Shown here: positions 34,578 to 47,967 of the stretch, in pieces
How the letters are laid out: each line of letters starts with the position of its first letter
Position numbering within the stretch: position 1 is the stretch's first letter
Source of the DNA: Macrostomum lignano
Lineage: Eukaryota
Assembly: GCA_002269645.1 (NCBI GenBank)
Contig: NIVC01000032.1
Span: 868,001 to 932,000, forward strand
Reading direction: 5' to 3'
DNA: 64,000 nt
Notes under the pieces: generated by a model
Seen by the model: the letters and a program-made list of their open reading frames with translations, nothing else
The model's database searches: none
What the model was told of the DNA's origin: nothing
Program-made: the position numbers and the translations under genes

Positions 34578-35149
34578 CAGTGGCGTAGCCAGGAATTTCA
34601 ATTGGGGGGGGGGCGGGTTGACCTGGCTGGCCATGCCTTATGCCATTGCCACTTTTGGCGCCGCAGGCACTCATTTTGGCGTCGCAGGCACTCATTTTGG
34701 CGCCGCAGACACTCATTATGGCGCCACAGCAGGCACTCATTTTGGCGCCGCAGGCACTCATTTTGGCGCCGCAGGCACTCATTTTGGCGCCGCAGGCACT
34801 CATTTTGGCGCCGCAGGCACTCATTTTGGCGCCGCAGGCACTCATTTTAGCGCCGCAGGCACTCATTTTGGCGCCGCAGGCACTGATTTTGGCGCCGCAG
34901 GAACTCATTTTGGCGCCGCAGGAACTCATTTTGGCGCCGCAGGAACTCATTTTGGCGCCGCAGGCACTCAATTTGGCGCCGCAGGAACTCATTTTGGCGC
35001 CGCAGGCACTCATTTTAGCGCCGCAGGCACTCATTTTGGCGCCGCAGGCACTCAATTGCCTCCTGGTTTTTGGTATCCGCCGCACCCAACCCCACCCCCA
35101 GGTGATTGGGGGAGGGGGGGCCGCGGACCCCCCTCTGGCTACGCCACTG
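34578..35149 (+). mobile_element. hAT-type MITE with perfect 15-bp TIRs and internal 21-bp array (GGCACTCATTTTGGCGCCGCA)
   Basis: TIRs CAGTGGCGTAGCCAG / CTGGCTACGCCACTG; flanks GGATTTAA and GGATTAGC (degenerate 8-bp TSD); array ~34655-35055. Confidence 0.85.
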
Positions 35150-35714
35150 GGATTAGCAGAAAATTATTTTACATATAGGCATTTGGAAATACAATTAGCA
35201 TGTTAAAAAATTTGCAGTTCACAGAGTAACGTTAGATTAAAGATACATAGTTGATAAAAGCAATTGATTTTAATGAATTATAGAAGAAGTTTTTAATAGC
35301 AAGAATAAATTTCCAAGAGTAATTTTTTAAATATATTTGTTATAAATAAAGTTAAAATTTGAAATTTAGATCGGCGCATTAAGAATTAAGAGATTGCAAC
35401 TTAGATTTCCAGAATATGCATTTTTGTTATACAGCAGAGAGATTAAGGTAACAGATTAAGGTAAATGAAACTTTAACACCAATAATAATATTCAAATAAG
35501 GACCACTAGAAGTGAGAAGAGACACTGGAATAGAAATAAAAAGTTTTCAGCCTTCAAAAGGTTTTCTAAGATACGAACTTTTCCGTCACTCAATATCTAG
35601 TGGTCCTTAAATTCACAATTAATAAGAAACACTGAATAGGAAAAAAATTGAAAATCAATATTCGAGAATTCTTTACTGGGACATTGTTCTTGCGGTTTTA
35701 AGAGCCACTATCTG

Positions 35715-38700
35715 TTACAGTTTCCTGGAAAACACCTTGTGCAGGCCGTGAACCAGCACCGTAGGCGGTAAATCCTTGGTCAGAATGTCTATCTGCTCCA
35801 AGTATTGGGCGTGCATGCTGAAAGATAGTTTATGGTAGAAATAGTTCACATAAAATTAATTAAATACTAAATACTAAACAATATTATATGTGTAGTATAT
35901 TTAGTAGATTTTTAAAAAAATATTTTTTCGCAACGCAATTTTCGATACATATCGGTTCGACCGGTTCTATTAGAATAATTAACATATAAAGCGGTTTAAA
36001 GTAGTTTATAAAGTTCCAATTTCCATATCGAATAATTTCTTTATAAAGAGACCTTACGCCTAAAATTAGTAGACAACTCGTTATTGAAGTAGTTTTCGAT
36101 ACATATCGGGCTTTGATTTGGGATTCCTACAAGAATCGAGCCTCACCGAGGATCGCTAGGCGGCCGAGGCAGATAGAGAAAAGCGGCAGCAGTTTCCGGA
36201 CTTTGCAGCCGAATGCACTGATTGACAGCTGTCAGGTAGGCCGAGCTGATAGCTCCATCTGACATTGGGTTGGCCTCGCCGACAACGTGTTGCCAATCTA
36301 ATATGTGAGTCTGCGCCTGCGGTTGAAATGAAAAATTATATAATGATGCCTAGAAAAAATCAATAACGATGACAATTGGGTGATGAATAATCGATACATT
36401 AGATAATAATCAATAAATTAAAATTGTTAAAAAATCAAAAATATATATGTACGAATAGATAGTAAAAATCGATAATTGATACTTCTGAATAATCGATAAA
36501 TTAGAAAAAATCAATATCTCCGAATAAGCGACATATTAACTGATTCAAATAATCGATAATCATAGACAATAGATACTGATGCAATTTTCAATTGCCTTAA
36601 GCCTATAAGTTATAAACCCTTAAATAAGATGGGTACCTGAATTCTCAAATCCCCGAGCAGCAAGTCCAGCTGTTTGGTCAGCTCGTCCAAGTTGCTACCG
36701 GCGTCAACGCACAGAAACACCCGAATCCGACAGTCTCTGCGCCAGCGTCGTGACGAATTCAGAATGCAGGCAAACTGCAGCTGCAGCAGGCAGGTGGTAT
36801 CGATATAGCCTTTCAGGCCGGGCTGAAAGAAATTCACCGGCCAAACATCGATTTGCCGTTTCCCACGACCGCCCAGGCCGTTTGAGTCCAAGGCGTGCAT
36901 GTGGCGCAGCACCAGCAGCTCCTTGCCCATCTGCAGCACGTCGCCCAGCAGTCGAGTATAGTCGCCAGGCGTGGCAACATCCCGAGTCGATGATGATGTT
37001 GAAAACCAGCCGTGATGCTGGGACGGACTGGCCGACAAGTTGATGACGCCCGGCTCGTGAGATTGCTGATCGGCTGATGATAAGATAATTGAGCTTATAG
37101 ATAATTGAGCTTATAGATAATTGAGCTTATAGATAATTGAGCTTATAGATAATTGAGCTTATAGATAATTGAGCTTATAGATACTTGAGCTTATAGATAA
37201 TTGAGCTTATAGATAATTGAGCTTATAGATAATTGAGCTTATAGATAATTGAGCTTATAGATACTTGAGCTTATAGATAATTGAGCTTATAGATAATTGA
37301 GCTTATAGATAATTTAGAGCTTATAGATAATTGAGCTTATAGATACTTGAGCTTATAGATAATTGAGCTTATAGATAATTGAGCTTATAGATAATTGAGC
37401 TTATAGATACTTGAGCTTATAGATAATTGAGCTTATAGATAATTGAGCTTATAGATAATTGAGCTTATAGATAATTGAGCTTATAGATAATTGAGCTTAT
37501 AGATAATTGAGCTTATAGATAATTGAGCTTATAGATAATTGAGCTTATAGATAATTGAGCTTATAGATAATTTAGAGCTTATAGATAATTGAGCTTATAG
37601 ATAATTGAGCTTATAGATACTTGAGCTTATAGATACTTGAGCTTATAGATAATTGAGCTTATAGATAATTGAGCTTATAGATAATTGAGCTTATAGATAA
37701 TTGAGCTTATAGATAATTGAGCTTATAGATAATTGAGCTTATAGATACTTGAGCTTATAGATAATTGAGCTTATAGATAATTGAGCTTATAGATACTTGA
37801 GCTTATAGATAATTGAGCTTATAGATAATTGAGCTTATAGATAATTGAGCTTATAGATAATTGAGCTTATAGATAATTGAGCTTATAGATAATTGAGCTT
37901 ATAGATAATTGAGCTTATAGATAATTGAGCTTATAGATAATTGAGCTTATAGATAATTGAGCTTATAGATACTTGAGCTTATAGATAATTGAGCTTATAG
38001 ATACTTGAGCTTATAGATAATTGAGCTTATAGATACTTGAGCTTATAGATAATTGAGCTTATAGATAATTGAGCTTATAGATAATTGAGCTTATAGATAA
38101 TTTAGAGCTTATAGATAATTGAGCTTATAGATAATTGAGCTTATAGATAATTGAGCTTATAGATACTTGAGCTTATAGATACTTGAGCTTATAGATAATT
38201 GAGCTTATAGATAATTGAGCTTATAGATAATTGAGCTTATAGATAATTTAGAGCTTATAGATAATTGAGCTTATAGATACTTGAGCTTATAGATAATTGA
38301 GCTTATAGATAATTGAGCTTATAGATAATTGAGCTTATAGATACTTGAGCTTATAGATAATTGAGCTTATAGATAATTGAGCTTATAGATAATTGAGCTT
38401 ATAGATAATTGAGCTTACTCACCCACACGAGCCGCCTCTCTAACAGCCGCGCTCTCATAAAACCCCAAGCAGACCGTGTTTGGCTTCATTCCGCCCAGAC
38501 CGGAGATTCTTATCAACTGCTGAGCACCAGCTCGAACATCGGGTGCCACTGTCAGCTCAACGAATGCTTTCACTTTGAGCTCGTCAACAATTGATAGCCA
38601 TTCTGGCATTGCCTCTTCCGAGGGGTCAATCACCATCTGCTCCAGGTTGAGTACCGACGGGAACACGTGACCCAAAACGTATAAACCGCCTTTCTTTAAA

Positions 38701-41700
38701 TCGTTAACAAACTTGATCATTTGGGCGTTTTGACGAGGATGCGAGATTAGCAAAATGATTTGGGGCCGCCAGTACTTGACATGGTATTTGCGCGGATCAA
38801 GCATTAGCATGTACTTGCGAACCTGAAATTGTTATTAATTAATTACTAACATTGAGTGCATCAACCATATGTAAATTTCATTGTGTTTAAAACAGGTAAA
38901 TAACCCGATACAGGTAAAACAACAAGTATCCAAAAGGTAAAATTAATTGTGCCTTAAACAGGTAATACCGGTATCTAAACAGGTAAAACCGGTGTCTGAA
39001 CAGGTAAAAATGGTATCGGAACAGGTAAAACCGGTGTCTGAACAGGTAATACCGGTATCTAAACAGGTAAAACCGGTGTCTGAACAGGTAAAAATGGTAT
39101 CGGAACAGGTAAAACCGGTGTCTGAACAGGTAAAAATCGTATCTGAACAGGTAAAACCGGTGTCTAAACAGGTAAATACCCGTGTCTAAACAGGTAAATA
39201 CCCGTGTCTAAACAGGTAAATACCCGTGTCTAAACAGGTAAATACCCGTGTCTAAACAGGTAAATACCCGTGTCTAAACAGGTAAATACCCGTGTCTAAA
39301 CAGGTAAATACCCGTGTCTAAACAGGTAAATACCCGTGTCTAAACAGGTAAATACCCGTGTCTAAACAGGTAAATACCCGTGTCTAAACAGGTAAATACC
39401 CGTGTCTAAACAGGTAAATATCTGCATCTAAAACGGTAAATACGTGAATACAAGTAGAACAAAAATGTATCCAAACAGGTAAAATATTTTTTAAAATCGA
39501 TAATAAATGCAGCAACCAACCTGATGAAAGATCAGTGCCTGCGATATTGATCCCCAGTTGTCAGGCAGAGATCGCAGATGCAAGACAATCATGAGTCCCA
39601 GCATAATCATAATGCTAATGGGAGTATAAATATAGCTAACTAGGAATCCCATTACTAAGGATCCGAACAAGCCAGCCAGAGAGGCGCTCCAATGAAATAG
39701 TTTAAATGTTGGTCGAAAGTTTGGGGCCGATGCCAAGTCCAGTGCCGCGCAGGCCAAGTTGGTGCTGGCGTAGGCAAGTAGGAAGAAACACGTGACGATT
39801 GGAGCGATCAGGTTCAGGCTGCCGATAAGGAGTACGAGCTGTGGGTCGGGTTATTAATTAGTATTGGAATTATAAAAAATATGATTTTTTTAAAGTAAAA
39901 TGATACGGGTAAGTGATAAATGATTTCAGTAAAGGAAAAATGATTTAGATAAAATATACGATTCTTCAGGTAAAATATACCATCATTCAGGTAAAATATA
40001 CGATCATTCAGGTAAAATATACGATCATTCAGGTAAAATATACCATCATTCAGGTAAAATATACCATCATTCAGGTAAAATATACGATCATTCAGGTAAA
40101 ATATACGATCATTCAGGTAAAATATACGATCATTCAGGTAAAATATACCATCATTCAGGTAAAATATACTATCATTCAGGTAAAATATACGATCATTCTG
40201 GTAAAATATACGATCATTCAGGTAAAATATACGATCATTCAGGTAAAATATACCATCATTCAGGTAAAATATACTATCATTCAGGTAAAATATACCATCA
40301 TTCTGGTAAAATATACGATCATTCAGGTAAAATATACCATCATTCAGGTAAAATATACCATCATTCAGGTAAAATATACCATCATTCAGGTAAAATATAC
40401 GATCATTCAGGTAAAATATACGATCATTCAGGTAAAATATACGATCATTCAGGTAAAATATACGATCATTCAGGTAAAATATACCATCATTCAGGTAAAA
40501 TATACTATCATTCAGGTAAAATATACGATCATTCAGGTAAAATATACGATGATTCAGGTAAAATATACAATCATTCAGGTAAGAAGATAAACGATTCAGG
40601 TAAAAGATAAACGATTCAGGTAAAAACATAAACGATTCAGGTAAAAAGATAAACGATTCAGGTAAAAAAATCTAAGATTTGCGTCAAATATGAATCATTG
40701 AGGTTAAAAAAAAAAAAGAATTCTGATATCACGAATTATTTCAAAGGCGTCACGGCATCCGGGGGTAAATGCAACGTAAAACAGGGTAAGAGAGCTAACA
40801 AGAAAGAAATACTTTAATTTCATGATTACACTTCATAATTAGGCAACGCACAGGGCTCATTCTTTCAAACGCACAGAATGTTCGCAGGCCTTACACGACC
40901 TTAGCAGGGCAGACAGGCAGGCGGGCATAACTGAAGTTGCACCCTCCCAGCTAAACTGTACAAAAGCGTAGAGTGACAGACAGAAAGTAGCTTGACGAAC
41001 TGAACTAAACCGGTTCTTGGCTGCTTTGCTATTTTTAGTCGCAAGCGATTTCTGAAAGGTTGCGCCCAGAAACTGACACTCTGGGAGGCTGGCCCAGCAA
41101 CTGAGGATCTGGGAGGCTGGCCCAGCAACTGAGGATCTGGGAGGCTGGCCCAGCAACTGAGGATCTGGGAGGCTGGCCCAGCAACTGAGGATCTGGGAGG
41201 CTGACCCAGCAACTGAGGATCTGGGAGGCTGGTGGCCCAGCAACTAAGAATCTGGGAGGCTGGCTCAGCAACTGAGGATCTGGGAGGCTGACCCAGCAAC
41301 TGAGGATCTGGGAGGCTGATGGCCCAGCAACTAAGGATCTGGGAGGCTGGCTCAGCAACTGAGGATCTGGGAGGCTGACCCAGCAACTGAGGATCTGGGA
41401 GGCTGGCCCAGTAACTAAGGATCTGGGAGGCTGGTGGCCCAGTAACTGAGGATCTGGGAGGCTGACCCAGCAACTGAGGATCTGGGAGGCTGGTGGCCCA
41501 GCAACTAAGGATCTGGGAGGCTGGCTCAGCAACTGAGGATCTGGGAGTCTGACCCAGCAACTGGGGATCTGGGAGGCTGGCCCAGCAACTGAGGATCTGG
41601 GAGGCTGACCCAGCAACTGAGGATCTGGGAGGCTGGCCCAGCAACTGAGGATCTGGGAGGCTGGCCCAGCAACTGAGGATCTGGGAGGCTGGTGGCCCAG

Positions 41701-44700
41701 TAACTGAGGATCTGGGAGGCTGGCCCAGCAACTGAGGATCTGGGAGGCTGGTGGCCCAGTAACTGAGGATCTGGGAGGCTGACCCAGCAACTGGGGATCT
41801 GGGAGGCTGGCCCAGCAACTGAGGATCTGGGAGGCTGACCCAGCAACTGAGGATCTGGGAGGCTGGCCCAGCAACTGAGGATCTGGGAGGCTGGTGGCCC
41901 AGCAACTGAGGATCTGGGAGGCTGGCCCAGCAACTGAGGATCTGGGAGGCTGGTGGCCCAGTAACTGAGGATCTGGGAGGCTGGTGGCCCAGTAACTGAG
42001 GATCTGGGAGGCTGGCTCAGCAACTGAGGATCTGGGAGGCTGACCCAGCAACTGAGGATCTGGGAGGCTGGCCCAGTAACTAAGGATCTGGGAGGCTGGT
42101 GGCCCAGTAACTGAGGATCTGGGAGGCTGACCCAGCAACTGAGGATCTGGGAGGCTGGTGGCCCAGCAACTAAGGATCTGGGAGGCTGGCTCAGCAACTG
42201 AGGATCTGGGAGTCTGACCCAGCAACTGGGGATCTGGGAGGCTGGCCCAGCAACTGAGGATCTGGGAGGCTGACCCAGCAACTGAGGATCTGGGAGGCTG
42301 GCCCAGCAACTGAGGATCTGGGAGGCTGGCCCAGCAACTGAGGATCTGGGAGGCTGGTGGCCCAGTAACTGAGGATCTGGGAGGCTGGCCCAGCAACTGA
42401 GGATCTGGGAGGCTGGTGGCCCAGTAACTGAGGATCTGGGAGGCTGACCCAGCAACTGGGGATCTGGGAGGCTGGCCCAGCAACTGAGGATCTGGGAGGC
42501 TGACCCAGCAACTGAGGATCTGGGAGGCTGGCCCAGCAACTGAGGATCTGGGAGGCTGGTGGCCCAGTAACTGAGGATCTGGGAGGCTGGTGGCCCATTA
42601 ACTGAGGATCTGATAGAATAAGGAGCTGGTAGACGGGGTGTCTGGTAGACTGAGAATGACTGGTAGATACGAGGTAGAGCTCTCTGGTAGATATCGAAGC
42701 ACCCGCACAATCAAATCAAATGTACAGATGTAAAAAAATCTGCAGATAAAGAAGTGCCTCACCATCACTAGGCAAAACGAGATGGCCACAGCAGGAATCG
42801 GGTTGCCCCCAGCAACGGTGACAGCCGCAGGCTTTAGCGGCAATCCAAACAGGCCATCCTTAGCCAAAGCGTATAAAATCCTTGAGGCACCAATTAAATT
42901 TCCCAGAGCGGCAGACAGTGTCGCAGCGGACAGTCCAATCACAACAAATCCCGACCAGTAATTGATGGGGATTAGGAAGCTGTAATTATTGATTAGCAGC
43001 TCATACTGGCAACTGGCTGCGATGGTGAGTCCGAGTAGGATGTAGCATAGGAATGTGAACAGAGTTGCCAGCAGGGTGCCCCTAGGAATTGACTCGGATG
43101 GCTTGCGGAGCTCGCCTTGAAATTAAAATTGATTGCTGTTTTGGTAGCTAATTACCTAGTTAGGTAGGTGTTCGGTAGCTAATTGCCTAATTAGATAATT
43201 AATCGGTAGCTAATTACCTAGTTAGATAGGTGTTCGGTAGCTAATTACCTAATTAGATAGATGATCGGTAGCTAATTACCTAATTAGATAGATGATCGGT
43301 AGCTAATTACCTAGTTAGATAGGTGTTCGGTAGCTAATTACCTAGTTAGATAGGTGTTCGGTAGCTAATTACCTAGTTAGATAGGTGTTCGGTAGCTAAT
43401 TACCTAATTAGATAGGTGTTCGGAAGCTAATTACCTAGTTAGATAGGTGTTCGGTAGCTAATTACCTAATTAGATAGGTGTTTGGTAGCTAATTACCTAA
43501 TTAGATAGGTGTTTGGTAGCTAATTACCTAATTAGATAGATGTTCGGTAGCTAATTACCTAATTAGATAGATGATCGGTAGCTAATTACCTAATTAGATA
43601 GGTGTTCGGTAGCTAATTACCTAATTAGATAGATGTTCGGTAGCTAATTACCTAATTAGATAGATGATCGGTAGCTAATTACCTAATTAGATAGGTGTTC
43701 GGTAGCTAATTACCTAGTTAGATAGGTGTTCGGTAGCTAATTACCTAGTTAGATAGGTGTTCAGTAGCTAATTACCAAATTAGATAGGTGTTCGGAAGCT
43801 AATTACCTAGTTAGATAGGTGTTCGGTAGCTAATTACCTAGTTAGATAGGTGTTCGGTAGCTAATTACCTAATTAGATAGGTGTTCGGAAGCTAATTACC
43901 TAGTTAGATAGGTGTTCGGTAGCTAATTACCTAATTAGATAGGTGATCGGTAGCTAATTACCTAATTAGATAGGTGTTCGGAAGCTAATTACCTAGTTAG
44001 ATAGGTGTTCGGTAGCTAATTACCTAATTAGATAGGTGTTTGGTAGCTAATTACCTAATTAGATAGATGATCGGTAGCTAATTACCTAATTAGATAGGTG
44101 TTTGGTAGCTAATTAGCTAATTAGATAGATGATCGGTAGCTAATTACCTAATTCAGCAAATGTTTGGTAGCTAATTACCTAATTTGATAGGTGCTCGGTA
44201 GCTAATTACCTAATTAGATTGTTGTTCGTTAGCTAATTTACCTAATTCGGCAAATGTTTGGTAGCTAATAACCTAATTAGATAGGTGTTCGGTAGGTTGT
44301 TAATTAAATCGTACGAGAGTTTGACCTCATTTTAGATTACTAACTATTGGTCTTTTTGTAAACAAATGAGATTTCTCTTACCTGACAAATTGGCTCCATT
44401 CATAATGCCGGTGACGCTAGAGAATAAAATAGCAAATACTCGAGCAAAACTCATACTGGATGGGTCATCGATTGTGTAATCCGGGCTGTAGTGAGATTTG
44501 CTATTCTCTAGGAACATCTCTAAATTGGGTCCGGTAAAGTTGTAATACACCGTACTGTTCGTGTCGTTTCCTGGATAAACGTACTTATTAGGGTGCGGAA
44601 TTGGCACCATAAACGGTGGGTGAAAGAGCAGAGACACTACCACGGATATGTAGCAGACGAGCAGGATCTGGAAGATATGTTTTTAACACATTTAAAAATA

Positions 44701-47700
44701 TTGTGAACCGCCATCGATAACGACGATAAACCAACTTGGATATCCATGTTGGATATCAACGATAAACCAACTTGGATATCGACGATAAACCAACTTGGAT
44801 ATCGATGATAAACCAACTTGGATATCGACGATAAGCCAACTTGGATGTCGACGATAAACCAACTTGGATATAGATGATAAACCAACTTGGATATAGACGA
44901 TAAACCAACTTGGATATCGACGATAAACCAACTTGGATATCGATGATAAACCAACTTGGATATAGACGATAAACCAACTTGGATGTCGACGATAAACCAA
45001 CTTGGATATCGATGATAAACCAACTGGGATATAGATGATAAACCAACTTGGATATCGACGATAAACCAACTTGGATGTCGACGATAAACCAACTGGGATA
45101 TAGATGATAAACCAACTTGGATATAGACGATAAACCAACTTGGATATCGACGATAAACCAACTTGGATATAGACGATAAACCAACTTGGATATCGATGAT
45201 AAACCAACTGGGATATAGATGATAAACCAACTTGGATATCGACGATAAACCAACTTGGATGTCGACGATAAACCAACTGGGATATAGATGATAAACCAAC
45301 TTGGATATCGACGATAAACCAACTTGGATATCGATGATAAACCAACTTGGATATAGACGATAAACCAACTGGGATATAGATGATAAACCTACTTGGATAT
45401 CCATGATAAACCAACTTTGATTTCAACAATAAACCTAATTTGATATCGACGATAAACCAACTTGGATATCGAGTAAAACAAGCCATCCTAAGCTCCAATT
45501 TTAATATCAAGGCAAACAATTTCCACCGATATATAATGCACATAGAACTTCGCCTTCTTCATTAGAGAAGATACAGACAGTTGCCTACCCGAAGATAATA
45601 CTAAAAAGCTTAAAGGCTTTTTAATCAACATTTACATTCCTTGCTGTTGGGCATTTAGTAATTTAACTACACACAAGTAGCTTATTTCTTATCATTAAGA
45701 AATATCAGTAACATACTTGCTGACAGAACGTCACAAATATTTCAATTCCTATTACGAGTGTAGCACGCAGATTAGTATCGCGTAGTTTACGCACAAAACT
45801 CTGGGTTTATTTCATTCAAGCATAGCGGACACCATGATCGCATAGAATTAAGCCAACTAACTATATGACTGAATCAGATACTATAAGTTGCATTTTTATC
45901 GTTCATGTTTTGTAGGTAGAGGCTTTTTAAGTAGAAAGACTGACTGAATCAATGTTAAAGCATCGATATGAACTGTTCCAATACGATAGTAATTCAAGAT
46001 TTTCAGCTTGTGCCTTAACTTCTGTAAACAGACTTGCCAACGGTTGGAATACATTTACTAAGCTAACGGATGCATACACAGTCCACTGACCTATAATAAT
46101 TCCGATGAAAAGCGTTACCTAAGCCCTTACCTACGTCCCAGAGTCAATTTAGAATCGTTGCAGAGATACACACTTAAAACAATAAGTCGGCGCCTCTGAA
46201 AATGCGCAATTGAGTTAATTCTATCGCTCACCAGCAAGATGAAGGCTGACGTTCTAGCAAACAGGGAACCGCCAACCAGACAGATGCCAAGGCAGACAGT
46301 CAGAACTACGAACGAATACAAATAGCGCCAATAAGCACTTCCGTCTGGCAGCCATTGACCTAGGATGCCTAAAATCCAACAATTATAAGACACGAGTTAA
46401 TCGTTTATAATATTAATGATAATATTAATTGATCACACCTGTCCCAATTGGGCCAGATGTGCAACCGACAGCTCAGCCGCAGCTATTGCGCGGCGCATCT
46501 GAAGGCTGCTTACGGCTGTTCAGTCCATGGACTGGGGGGGGGGGTCGCCACACACACCACACACACACCTTACCCCAACTAATGCTGGCATCCATTTTAC
46601 AGCTGGGTGAACTGAAGCAATGCAGAGTTAAGTGTCTTGCTCAAGGACACAAATTGTTACAGTGGGGTCGAGAATCGAACCCCCGACCTTCAAGTCGTGA
46701 GTCCAACGCTCTAACCGCTAAGCTACAACCCCCTCTCAAATCTTTCATGCAATCTTTATCTTTCAAAACCAATAAAATGTTTTGTAAGTGCCTGAGTAGC
46801 TATAGCTGTGGTAGATTTAGCACTTGCATCCTGACAAGTACTCGAGAAGCATCTAATTAAGAATATTAAAGTTACCAGTGGATCCAAAATTGTCCAAGAA
46901 GGCTTCCGTGAAGCCGGACACATACAGGCCGCAGGAGAAAATGTTTGCAATGAAGAACAGCAGGCCCATTGCGCCGCCAAATTCTGGACCAAGTGTTCGA
47001 CTGATCATGACTTGATTATTTGATGATGATCAAAGTGCATTGGCTGCTGGTTAAGGATAATAATATATACAAGTACACACTTGAATAAGTTTCAAAATTT
47101 AGAACACCCAGGCTTAGAGAGAAAAACTACTTTAACAGAAATGGTTTCAAGCTTCTTAAAAGTATTTTTACTTATTAAACTAGTTGGTGTCTACTTTGAA
47201 GGAACTGTGGTCTGGAGAAGTGATAGAAAAACATTGAACAAAATACAGTACACGACAGGGTCACAGACAAAAAGTTATAAATATAATAAAATCTTGATAA
47301 AAAATAAATAATTAATCAACTGTCTATTATGATTTTGCTGCAGAAAAGGATACAGTAGACTCCACCACCTTGAATTTCTCCATTAGTGCTGATAGCAGAA
47401 ATTGACAAAATAGTCAACATAAGGATCAAATAGGCCAGTGATAGCTCAATGGAGAAATGCAATACTCCTGACTGGCCAATCACGAAACCTGAAAGTTGAA
47501 TAGGAATAAAATCCAAACATTCAATAACAGTGTATAATAACTTTAATATTCTTATTATTTACATTTCCATAATATTTTTAAAGATCAAAAGTAGCCCAAA
47601 GTTCAACTTGATATTAATATGTTACTCTAAGATAATCATAACAGCAAACTTCGAAGAAAAGATCATCGGGACTTATTTTTAAATCCATATTTTCTATCTT

Positions 47701-47967
47701 ACCCATTCGAAGAAAAATAAGATAGCTGAACTGTGACAAAGCTACTGGGCAGAACACTCCAGAAAATGTTGTTAATGTACGCCGACTTGATTCTTCTGAC
47801 TCCGGATCAACAGCAGTATCAAAATGAAAACTTGCATCTATATCGCGCCCTCGATATCGTACTCCTTGACTACTAGTACCAGCTTGGGAGTCACGGTCTT
47901 GATTTCTTGAAAGAACTCCTTGGAGTTCCTCAGACACTAAATTTCTTGACTTCAGAAGAGAAGACAT
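35715..47967 (-). CDS. SLC12A9: Cation-chloride cotransporter family member SLC12A9 (CCC9/CIP1), 11 coding exons, 912 aa
   Basis: Exons in transcription order: 47703-47967, 47354-47488, 46876-47010, 46232-46368, 44382-44667, 42763-43115, 39521-39838, 38423-38822, 36637-37073, 36147-36316, 35715-35817 (2739 nt, phases consistent). Motifs [74 protein letters not shown]...[12 protein letters not shown] and C-terminal [10 protein letters not shown]. Confidence 0.93.
37082..38416. repeat. 16-bp satellite (AGATAATTGAGCTTAT, ~83 copies) filling SLC12A9 intron 8
   Basis: The array runs to within a few bases of both splice sites. Confidence 0.96.
38888..39425. repeat. 21/22-bp minisatellite (AACAGGTAAATACCCGTGTCTA)
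   Basis: SLC12A9 intron 7; heterogeneous on the left, homogeneous on the right. Confidence 0.9.
39950..40670. repeat. 21-bp minisatellite (TCATTCAGGTAAAATATACGA)
   Basis: SLC12A9 intron 6; source of the spurious IFYLNDR ORF. Confidence 0.93.
41081..42612. repeat. 28/31-bp GC-rich minisatellite (GGAGGCTGGCCCAGCAACTGAGGATCTG)
   Basis: SLC12A9 intron 6; 31-bp variants carry GCTGGTGG. Confidence 0.94.
43143..44295. repeat. 31-bp minisatellite (GGTAGCTAATTACCTAATTAGATAGGTGTTC)
   Basis: Fills most of SLC12A9 intron 5. Confidence 0.93.
44720..45475. repeat. 23-bp minisatellite (GATAAACCAACTTGGATATCGAC)
   Basis: SLC12A9 intron 4. Confidence 0.93.
46435..46733 (-). mobile_element. SINE family A, full-length copy
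   Basis: Minus strand GGGGGTTGTAGCTTAGCGGTTAGAGCGTTGGACTCACGACTTGAAGGTCGGGGGTTCGATTC, CORE-like domain, and the same 3' body as the 6803 copy. Confidence 0.8.

Noticed and set aside
40857-45543. Repetitive ORFs in SLC12A9 introns 4-6
   Set aside because: Minisatellite translations lying between well-supported exons.
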